Below are positions 49,849-59,146 of a DNA stretch of 64,000 nt, piece after piece; position 1 is the first letter of the stretch, and every line of letters starts with the position of its first letter. A model generated the notes under the pieces. The model ran no database searches and was not told where the DNA came from. It worked only from the letters and a program-made list of their open reading frames with translations. The stretch comes from Selaginella moellendorffii (taxonomy: Eukaryota > Plantae > Lycopodiophyta): assembly GCF_000143415.4 (NCBI RefSeq), contig NW_003314278.1:574371-638370 (forward strand). Direction: 5' to 3'. Made by a program: the position numbers and the translations under genes.

Positions 49849-51445
49849 ATGCTCGCGTCGGGGCTGCGCCGGGGCGCCGGGGCGGCGGCTGGGAGGTTAA
49901 ATCGAGCGATCTCCGCCAACATTCTCACATCGCTGCTGCGCTGCCACAGCTCGCAGGTCTGTCGGATTTCTAGTTCCACGATCGTGTCTCGAGCTTGGAT
50001 TCCTGCATTGCCTGTTTATCCGGGCGGGGCGACGAGCCAGGAATACGTCGCTGCTGCCAGGAATTTCTCCGTCCAGGCCCGGGTCGAGAATGAAGAGATT
50101 GACGGTTTCTCCGTTCTTGCCAAAATGGTTGAGCCGGAGTTCGATGTGTTACAAGCGGTCGTGAAGTGGACAGAGAAGGGGCACGTTTTGTCCAGCGAAA
50201 CTTTGGCCAGGCTCGCTACTTGGATGGTCGAGAAGAGAAGGTTTGTCCAAGCTCTCAAGGTATGTTCTTTGTTTGGAAGTCTTCATGGTCTTGAGTTTTG
50301 ATTTTCCTTTGTAGCTCTTGACAGGTGCTAGAGAAAGCAGACTAGCAGAGGTGTCAGGCCAACTCCTTGCACTGGAGTTGGATTTGCTAAGCCGTCAGTA
50401 CAAATGCAGTCGTGTGGAGGCTATTTACAACACTTTCCCTGAGGAGCTGAGGACGGCTGACGTGAACAGAGCGCTGCTTTCGAGCTTTATAAGGGACAAC
50501 CGGGTGGAGAAGGCAGAAAAATTCTTGGAGAAAGGCAAAGTTTTGGACACCGAGGGATGGAACGTCGTGCTAGACATGTACTTGGCACGGGACAAACACA
50601 GGAAGCTCTTCAAAAGTTTGACGAGGATGAAGGAGTCTGGGGTCGAGCCAGACGCTAAAACGTACAGGATACTTCTGGTTTGCAGGGACGCCGCCGGTGG
50701 CTTTGAGGGAATCGAGGCAGACGCTCGAAAACGTCTGGAGGAGATTGACATTGGTAGTGCTCAAGCAGGAGTTCTCGAGGAGATGCTCGAAGTTTATGGT
50801 CATCTCCGAGAGATGGAGGCTGTGGACAGGATATGGAGCGCTCTTAAGGAAAGCCACCAGGTTGCCAAGGCCTGCTACGTGACGGCCATGAAAGCATTCG
50901 GAGTGGCTGGTGATGTGTCCCGTGCGGAGAAGGTCTTCCAGGAGCTGCTGGCTATCACGACGAGCTTCCCGAATCGCAAGCACAATCCATACGCTGCTAT
51001 GGTCGATGTTTATGCGAGGGCCGGGTTGATGGACGAGGCGGAGAAACTCCTCAAGGACAAGGCCGACGAGGAACTCAAAGACAGTTTTTGGTGTTACGAG
51101 TCTCTCGTTGCGGGCTACCTTTTGAAAGGCGACGCAAAGAACGCCCTGGGGAAGTTCAAGGGTGGTCTAGCTGCCGTGAAGAAGGGACCAACAAAGCTCG
51201 AGTACAAGTCCGTGATGGGTTTGCTAGCGGCTCTGGCCTTGAGGAGAGACGTGGATGAAGCCGAGAAGGTGATGGGTCACTACAGCTCCCTGTTTGGAGA
51301 GGCCCCTGTCTACAACCAGCTGCTCAAAGTCTACATTGCTGCCGGCAAAACTCCGAAAGAATTCAAGGAGAGAATGCTAGAGAGGTTTGTGGAGCCCGAC
51401 GAGGAGACTGAGAAGCTGTTACAGAACGTGGTAGCAGAGGTTTAA
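49849..51445 (+). CDS. P-class pentatricopeptide repeat protein, probably mitochondrial; exons 49849-50259 and 50315-51445 (513 aa)
   Basis: Arg/Ala/Ser-rich presequence, N-terminal W..KG...RRF.QALK module, 35-aa repeats (WNVVLDMY...MKESGVEPDAKTY; YAAMVDVYARAGLMDEAEKLL; VYNQLLKVY...M....VEPD), phase-0 GT-AG intron. Confidence 0.9.
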
Positions 51446-51465
51446 GTAGGGTTTTAGGATTCGAG

Positions 51466-53166
51466 ATGGGCACTGCTGCCTGGTGGATATGGAAGAGGCC
51501 AGCAGCAGCTTTTTGCAAGGTTGGTCTCTCGCCCAAGTGGGATCGCCGTGAAGCTTTCGCTCTTCCACCGTACTACACTAGCGAGAAGGCCAAAGCACCA
51601 GTTTCGGAACAGTCCAAGATGAAAGAGCTGAGGAAGTTTGTCCGGGAATTCAAGGGAGAGGAACCCAATGAGACTGCGGAGCAGGAGAAGGTTGTGAGCC
51701 TATGCCGGACTCTCAATGCTAAGGCCGACACTTCGGAGGTAGTCAAGAATTGGATAGCCGATGGAAATGTGATGTCACGGGACGTTGCTGCTAAAGTCTC
51801 TGGTTGGTTTCTTCACTGCAGGCACAACGTCCAAGCTCTAAAAGTAAGCATTGATTTTTCTGAAATGTTTTTCCTTGGAATGTTTGAACTAACTGCTGTA
51901 TTTGATGTTCTTTGGTAGTTCATGAACGTCGTGAGAGAAGAACGCCTGGTAGAAATGACCTCGAAGCTATACATGCAAGAGATCTCACAGCTATGTCTTC
52001 AGCTGGGGACATCAAAAGGCGAGGCTTTGTTCAGAAGCATGCCAGAGAGTTTGAGGACGGAGGAGGTAACCACGGCTTTTCTTACTGCTGTTGCGAAAGA
52101 GGACGACTCGGCCAGAGCGGAGAGATTGATGGACGAGCACAGCACGTTGTCCGTCGACGCCTGGAGCGCGGTTCTACACATGTATCTCAGAAGGGACAGG
52201 CACGACAAGCTGCGGGACACTTACTACAGGTTCAAGCAGAAAGGGTTGAAGCCGGTCCTTTTTACGTACTGGCTGGTTCTCCAGTGCCGAGAAAGAGTCG
52301 GCGGTTTTGAGGAGATTGAGATGGAGTTCGACGCGGAGCTGAAAAGAACTAACTTCGAAGAGGCAGACACACGGCTACTCAATCTAATAATGCGTTCCTA
52401 TGCACTCTTGGGAAAGCGGAAGATGGTGGACAGGATGTGGACGCTGCTCAAGAGCGAACAAGTTGCTGCTCCCGACTTAAACAGCTACATCTCCGCAATC
52501 AAGTCATTTGGTTTGTTCGGGGACTTGGAAAAGGCATATGAGGTGCTGGAGGAAGTGCTGCAAAAGTTCGAACGGATTCCTCAAAATCCATACATCTGGA
52601 TCGTGGAAATCTGCGTGAGGCTCAAGATGATCGACCAGGCGGAGAAGCTCATGGAGAAGCACATCGGCAAGAGCTGCTTTCTTCCCTACAACTTTCTGGT
52701 CACTGGCTACGTTGAAACTTCCCAGATCTCAAGCGCGCTCAAGAAGCTGGACGAAGCTTTCGAGATTCCTTTCAAGGACCGGAAGCTATTCTACAAGACA
52801 GTGATGGCTTTGCTCCCGGTGTTCGCCAAGAGGGGAGACATACACTCGGCCGAGAAGCTCATTTCCAACTACGGCTCCTGCGGTGACGTGAAAGTCTACA
52901 ACGCACTGCTCAACGTCTACGTTTCCACGAAGAGGATGCCAACCAACTTCCTTCACAGGATGAAGAACCATAACATTGGACCGAACGAAGAGACATGGAG
53001 ACTCATGGACACACTGGAATCGTTCTGGGATCACAAGCCAGGACGCAGTACTGTCTGGAGAGTCGTGAATGGGCGGAGGATATCTCGGGACCAGCAAATG
53101 GCTCACTTGAAGTTCTCCAGGGAAGGAAAAGATGTCAGGAACCGCGGCCTAATTCCAAAGAACTAA
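51466..53166 (+). CDS. Second P-class PPR protein, diverged paralog of the upstream gene; exons 51466-51843 and 51919-53166
   Basis: Same intron position (after QALK) and PPR motifs (WSAVLHMY...KQKGLKPVLFTY; VYNALLNVY...MKNHNIGPNEET). Confidence 0.9.
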
Positions 53167-53429
53167 GTATATCGTGCGCAGCAGTGACTGATCTAGAGGC
53201 AAGTTTTTCAACGTCTTTGTTGTTTCTCTTTGATTATTTCCTTTTTTTTTCTAGATTCTCCTCTTGCATGGATACTGGCTGCCATCTGTTCCTGGTGAAG
53301 TTACAAGTGTCAACCAAGCCGATGTTCTCCAAGTGGAGAAAATGGAGCGAACGATCGATCAAAACACAACAAGGAAAGGGAAGAAATTAGCTCGCTAGCT
53401 CTTTGTTCTTTTCAAAGCTTCTCACTATA

Positions 53430-54683
53430 ATGAACGTCATCGCGCAGGCTCTAGATGAGAAACTTGGGAAGGTCCCGGTGGCTCAAGGCTCGACGAGGCC
53501 AGCAACATCAGACACGGAGGTGATGCGAGCGATTACATGGCAGGGAAAGAAGAAGGTCTCGTGCGACAAGGTCCCCAAGCCGCTCATCACCCATCCGAAG
53601 GACGTGATCGTCAAAGTCACTGCTTGCACTATTTGCTCCGGCTCCGACTCTCACATCTACGGTGGAGAGATTCCTGACACCTCCAAGGGCCAGATTTTGG
53701 GACATGAAGGCTGCGGTGTGGTGTCCGAGGTGGGAGAAGCGGTGACCAAGTTCAAGGCCGGGGACCGAGTGGTCATTGCCTTCGGCATCGCTTGTGGCGA
53801 CTGCGACTACTGCAAGCGCGGAGAGTTCACAGGCTGCGACACCACCAACGATTCCAAGCTCATGGAGCTCATGTACGGTCACAGGCACTCCGGGGCCTTC
53901 GGCTATGGAAACTTGGTCGGTGGCATCCCGGGCTCGCAGGCCGAGTTTGTCCGAGTCCCCTTCGCGGACGTGAACTGCTACAAGATCCCGGACGAGGTCC
54001 CGGACGAGAAGGCGCTCTATCTCTCCGACGTCCTGTGCACGTCCTACCACGCCGTGATGCTGGCCGGGGGAGTGAAAGCTGGTGAAAGCGTGGCTATCTG
54101 GGGGCTGGGACCGATCGGGCTTTGCGCCGCGAGGTGGTGCCAGATTATGGGAGCTTCCAAGGTGATCGGGATAGATTTCGTCAAGGAGAGGCTGGAGGTG
54201 GCGGAGAAGAAGCTGGGGATCACAGTCATCGATCGAAACTCCGTCAAGGACGTTCCAAAGAGGATCTTTGAGCTGGTTCCTGGTGGAGTGGACGCGAGCA
54301 TCGAGGCGGCGGGGTTCCGGTTCCCTGTGAGTATCCTTCACAAGGTGGAGCGCACGGTGGGGTTGGAGACCGACACCGCGGACATTCTCAACGAGTTGTT
54401 TCTGGCGACGAGGAAGTGGGGGCGGGTGTCCGTGATCGCGGACTACCTTGGCTACTGCAATCACTTTGGGATCGGGATGGTGATGATGAAGCACTTGACG
54501 CTGCGAGGGGGGCAGTGCCCGTGCCAGCGTTACTTCGACACGGTGATGGACCACGTCAAGAGTGGAAAGTTTGATCCGAGCTTCATGGTTTCCCACAGGA
54601 TCAAGCTGGAGGACGCGCCGGAAGCGTACCGCAAGCTCTTCAACAAAGAGGATGGTTACATCAAAGTCTTTATAGAAGTGTGA
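53430..54683 (+). CDS. Zn-dependent medium-chain dehydrogenase, glutathione-independent formaldehyde dehydrogenase-like (YbdR/AdhB type), intronless, copy 1
   Basis: CSGSDSH, GHEGCG, structural Zn site CGDCDYC-x7-C, LSDV (Asp ligand), GLGPIG Rossmann motif, ERTVGLETDT insertion. Confidence 0.9.
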   Translation: MNVIAQALDEKLGKVPVAQGSTRPATSDTEVMRAITWQGKKKVSCDKVPKPLITHPKDVIVKVTACTICSGSDSHIYGGEIPDTSKGQILGHEGCGVVSEVGEAVTKFKAGDRVVIAFGIACGDCDYCKRGEFTGCDTTNDSKLMELMYGHRHSGAFGYGNLVGGIPGSQAEFVRVPFADVNCYKIPDEVPDEKALYLSDVLCTSYHAVMLAGGVKAGESVAIWGLGPIGLCAARWCQIMGASKVIGIDFVKERLEVAEKKLGITVIDRNSVKDVPKRIFELVPGGVDASIEAAGFRFPVSILHKVERTVGLETDTADILNELFLATRKWGRVSVIADYLGYCNHFGIGMVMMKHLTLRGGQCPCQRYFDTVMDHVKSGKFDPSFMVSHRIKLEDAPEAYRKLFNKEDGYIKVFIEV

Positions 54684-54759
54684 GAAATGTGAGAAGGGAG
54701 ATACTTATTAAGTTAGTTTTTAAGTAAGTAAATGTATATAGATTCCTTGGAGTTTAGGG

Positions 54760-55075
54760 CGAAGCTAGCTATGGCGCTCTTGTCGGGCTGTGCTCTATGT
54801 GAATTTGGAGGTGGATGGAGCTGCCGCTACGAATGCGGCGATCAAGGAAGCTCAAACTGGTAAGCCAAGCCCAAGAGCGGAGAGAACGATAAGCTTTCCA
54901 TTTTCCTTCTTTCGCTTCTCTCTCTCTCTCTCTCACGATAAGCTTTTCATTTTTCTTCTTTTGCTTTCATGTTTTCACGTTAACACTTCTCTTGCTGTAT
55001 AGTGAATGTGAATCTGGGAGGCTCGAGCTCCATGACCGCCGATGCAAAGAAGAAACTCTTGTGAATCAAACGAGG
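54760..55075 (+). pseudogene. Collapsed fragment of the RSRC2/SMAP-domain gene
   Basis: NLEVDGAAATNAAIK.AQT, the following intron and the MTADAKKKLL exon match 58288-58611, with deletions. Confidence 0.85.
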
Positions 55076-55109
55076 CCGTGGTGCTAGGCAAACAAGCTGC
55101 CGACTCAGT

Positions 55110-55935
55110 TTTGTTTCAAAAGCATGCCAGAGAGTTTGAAGTTTGAGGCAACCACGGCTTTTCTTACCGCTGTTGCCAAAGGGGATGACTCGGCCAGAGC
55201 GGAGAGATTGATGGACGAGCTAAACAGCTCGTTGTCCGTCGACGCCTGGAACGCGTTTCTACGCATGTATCTCAGCACGACAAGCTGCGGGACAGTTACT
55301 ACAGGTTCAAGCAGAAAGGCCTGGCTGGTTCTCCAGTGCCGAGAAAGAGTCGGTGGTTTTGAGAAGATTGAGATGGAGTTTGACGTGGAGCTGAAAAGAA
55401 CTAACTTCGAAGAGGCAGACACACGGCTACTCAACCTGATAATCCGTTTCCTATGCGCTCTTGGGAAAGCGGAAGATGGTGGACAGGATGTGGACGCTGC
55501 TCAAGAGCGAACAAGTTGCTACTCCAGTCCTTTGGTTTATTAGGTGCTGGAGGACGTGCTGCAAAAGTTCGAGCGGATTCCTCAAATTCCATACATCTGG
55601 ACGAGATGATGGACCAGGCGGAAGCTCATGGAGAAGCACATCGGCAATAATTGCTTCCTTCTCTGCAACTTTCTACCGGAAGCTCTTTTGGTGGCTTTGC
55701 TCCAAGAGGGGCGACATACACTCGGCCGAGAAACTACGGCTCCTGCGGTGACGTGAAGGTCTACAAACGTCTACGTTTCTAGAAAGAGGATGCCAACCGA
55801 CTTCCTTCACCGGATGAAGAACCACAACATTGAACCCAACGAAGAGACGTGGAGGCTCAGTACTGTCTGGAGAGTCGGATAGCTCACTTGAAGTTTTCCA
55901 GGGAAGGAAAAGAAATCAGGAACCGCGGCTTAACT
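55110..55935 (+). pseudogene. Decayed duplicate of the second PPR gene (exon 2)
   Basis: Colinear with 52030-53166, with many small deletions and frameshifts. Confidence 0.9.
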
Positions 55936-56178
55936 CTAAGTACGTGCGAAGCAATGTTTCCTTGTTCTAGATTTGTCCACGCATATACTTGCATGCATGG
56001 ATAGTGGCTGCCACCTGTTCCTAGTTGAAGCTACAGGTGTCAACCAAGCCGAAGGTCTCCAACTGGTGAAAACTCGAGTGGACGATCGATCGAAAATCTT
56101 CTCGGGTTTCTCCACGGCAACCAGGAAAGGGAAGAAAGCTCGCTAGCTCTTTGGTTTTCTCAAAGCTTCTCACTCGCT

Positions 56179-57435
56179 ATGATGAACGCCGCCGCGCAGG
56201 CTCTAGATGAGAAAGTTGGGAAGGTCCCGGTGGCTCAAGGCTCGACGAGGCCAGCAACATCGGAGACGGAGGTGATGCGAGCAATTACATGGCAGGGAAA
56301 GAAAACAATTTCGTTGGACAAGGTACCGAAGCCGGTCATCACGCATCCGAAGGACGTGATCGTCAAAGTCACTGCTTGCACCATTTGCTCCGGCTCCGAT
56401 TCTCACGTCTACGCCGGAGAGGTTCCCGACACCTCCAAAGGCCAGATCATGGGACACGAAGGCTGCGGTGTGGTGTCCGAGGTGGGTGAAGCGGTGACCA
56501 AGTTCAAGGCCGGGGACCGAGTCGTCATCGCCTTTGACATCGCCTGTGGCGAGTGCGACTACTGCAAGCGCGGTGAGTTCACAGGCTGCGACACCACCAA
56601 CGACTCGAAGCTCAGCGAGTTCGTCTACGGTCACAGGCACTCTGGCATCTTCGGCTATGGAAACTTGCTCGGTGGAGTTCCTGGCTCGCAGGCCGAGTTC
56701 GTCCGAGTCCCCTTCGCGGACGTGAACTGCTACAAGATCCCGGACGAGGTCCCGGACGAGAAGGCGCTCTATCTCTCCGACGTCCTGTGCACGTCCTACC
56801 ACGCCGTGATGCTGGCCGGGGGAGTGAAAGCTGGTGAAAGCGTGGCTATCTGGGGGCTGGGACCGATCGGGCTTTGCGCCGCGAGGTGGTGCCAGATCAT
56901 GGGAGCTTCCAAGGTGGTCGGGATAGATTTCGTCAAGGAGAGGCTGGAGGTGGCGGAGAAGAAGCTGGGGATCACAGTCATCGATCGAAACTCCGTCAAG
57001 GACGTTCCAAAGAGGATCTTTGAGCTGGTTCCGGGAGGAGTGGACGCGAGCATCGAGGCGGCGGGGTTCCGGTTCCCTGTGTCTATCCTTCACAAGGTGG
57101 AGCGCACGGTGGGGTTGGAGACCGATACCGCGGACATTCTCAACGAGTTGCTTCTGGCGACGAGGAAGTGGGGGCGGGTGTCCGTGATCGCGGACTACCT
57201 TGGCTACTGCAATCACTTTGGGATTGGCATGCTGATGATGAAGCACTTGACGCTGCGATCGGGCCAATGCCCGTGCCAGCGCTACTTCGACACGGTGATG
57301 GATCACGTCAAGAGTGGAAAGTTTGATCCGAGCTTCATGGTCACTCACAGGATCAAGCTGGAGGACGCGCCGGAAGCATACAGCAAGCTCTTCAACAAAG
57401 AGGATGGTTACATCAAAGTCTTCATAGAAATGTGA
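56179..57435 (+). CDS. Zn-dependent medium-chain dehydrogenase (FDH-like), intronless, copy 2
   Basis: 418-aa ORF with the same motifs as copy 1. Confidence 0.9.
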   Translation: MMNAAAQALDEKVGKVPVAQGSTRPATSETEVMRAITWQGKKTISLDKVPKPVITHPKDVIVKVTACTICSGSDSHVYAGEVPDTSKGQIMGHEGCGVVSEVGEAVTKFKAGDRVVIAFDIACGECDYCKRGEFTGCDTTNDSKLSEFVYGHRHSGIFGYGNLLGGVPGSQAEFVRVPFADVNCYKIPDEVPDEKALYLSDVLCTSYHAVMLAGGVKAGESVAIWGLGPIGLCAARWCQIMGASKVVGIDFVKERLEVAEKKLGITVIDRNSVKDVPKRIFELVPGGVDASIEAAGFRFPVSILHKVERTVGLETDTADILNELLLATRKWGRVSVIADYLGYCNHFGIGMLMMKHLTLRSGQCPCQRYFDTVMDHVKSGKFDPSFMVTHRIKLEDAPEAYSKLFNKEDGYIKVFIEM

Positions 57436-57569
57436 GAGGGGAATTGTTTTCTCTCTTTCTGTGAGTAATCAGGTTAGTGTTAATTAAAAAGTTCTTAATT
57501 AGTTAATCATGTTAAAGTTATGAGGTATATATATATATATAAAGCAAACCCTTGGATTAGGGTGAAGCT

Positions 57570-57671
57570 ATGGAGGGAGGAGCTGCGCTCTCGGCGCTAG
57601 TGTCGGTGTCGGCCTGTGCTCTAGCGGAGGCCAATGCGCCGCTAGAGGAGCAAGCGGCACAGCCGCTGGAT

Positions 57672-57705
<34 letters not shown>

Positions 57706-58994
57706 AGGTGGAGGAAGAAAATCGCGAGCACGAGCAGCTGCGGCGGCATCACTCGTCGAGGTCGAGATCGAGCTCGCCGGGAGCGGATGATTCAGGTAAT
57801 ATTGCTTGTCTGGGAAATATTTCGAGCGTTTGGCTGAGCGATGGCGGGCGATTTCACAGGTAAGCGCGCCAGGAGTCCTAGAAGAGAGGACGAAGCGAGG
57901 GTGAGGCACAGGGAATCGGACAGAGAGAGGTCTCGGGGGAGCCGGCATTCTCACTCGCATTCGCATTCTCACTCTTACGGCGGCAGAGATAAGGAGCGTG
58001 AGAGGGATCGCGAGAGGCGGGAGAGGGAGAGGGATAGGGATAGAGAGAGGGACTGGGAGCGGGGCCGGGAAAGGTCAAGGGACGAGCACAGGGAGAGGGA
58101 TCGGTCGAGAGGAAAGGAAAGGGATGATCACGGGAGGCACAGGGACAGTCACAGGGACAGTCACAAGCGCAAGGAGAGAGACGAAGGGAGTAGCGGCCAA
58201 GGAAAAAGCGCCAAATCTCCCGACAATGGGAAAGAGAGAGTCGAGCTCGAGCACAATGGTGTCGAGGCTCGAGCAGCGCAAAATGAGAATTTGGAGGTGG
58301 ATGGAGCTGCCGCTACGAATGCGGCGATCAAGGCAGCTCAAACTGGTAAGCCAAGATCATTTTTCTTCTTTTGCTTTAAGCTTTCTCTTTTCTTCTTGCG
58401 CTCTCTCTCTCTCTCGATTCCAGTTTTCTTCTTTTGAGAGAGGACGATAAGCTTTCCATTTTTCTTCTTTTGCTTTCATGTTTTCACTTGAGAGAACGCT
58501 AACACTTTTTCTTGCTGTATAGTGAATGTGAATCTGGGAGGTTCTAGCTTCATGACCGCCGATGCAAAGAAGAAACTCTTGTGGTCTGGAAAGCGTGCCG
58601 AATCAAACGAGGTGAGAGAAGTTTCCTTTTTTACTCTTCTTTAAGAATGTGTCTCTACAGGGGCCTCCCCCGGCTGGAAAGAGCCACTGGGACACCGTCC
58701 AATTCGCCGACCGGGAGAGGCAGGAGAAGTTCCACAAACTTATGGTAAGTAAGCTTTTGGAGGTTTCCTGCCAGTGATGAAACGTGCTAACGCTCCTACA
58801 GAGCCTGAGTGTGGTTTGCTGCTCCTCTACGTTTGCAGGGATTAAAATCCAACCAAGGCAGCGGCGCTCCAGCGGCGGCGGTGGCGGCGGCTGTTCCTCA
58901 GGACAAGCATCGCGTCGTCCAGGAGGATCTGGAGAAGCAGTTCTCGGCTGGGTTGCGGCGACGCGATGGTCGAACGGTGGGCCTGGGATTGTAA
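57570..58994 (+). CDS. Arg/Ser-rich coiled-coil protein 2-like (RSRC2-like, C-terminal SMAP domain), 5 exons
   Basis: polyQ and RD/RE-rich exons. Spliced C-terminus MTADAKKKLLWSGK...HWDTVQFADRERQEKFHKLMG...DLEKQFSAGLRRRDGRTVGLGL is typical of plant SMAP proteins. Splice phases checked at 57795/57860 and 58345/58523. Confidence 0.85.
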
Positions 58995-59146
58995 CCAACA
59001 TTATGCTTGTTTGTATCGTGTGCTTGTCGAATAGAAGTTCCTTCTCGACTGCTAAACAAAATTTCTTTTTCTTTGTCAAAGCCATGGCAAATAGATAGAA
59101 ACGCTGCTTACTCTTTGTGCTTGTCTTGGAAGTTCATCGTCTTGGG

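Noticed and set aside
53508-57348. Long minus-strand ORFs (362 and 381 aa) overlapping the dehydrogenases
   Set aside because: Antisense shadows of GC3-rich coding sequence; no recognisable motifs.
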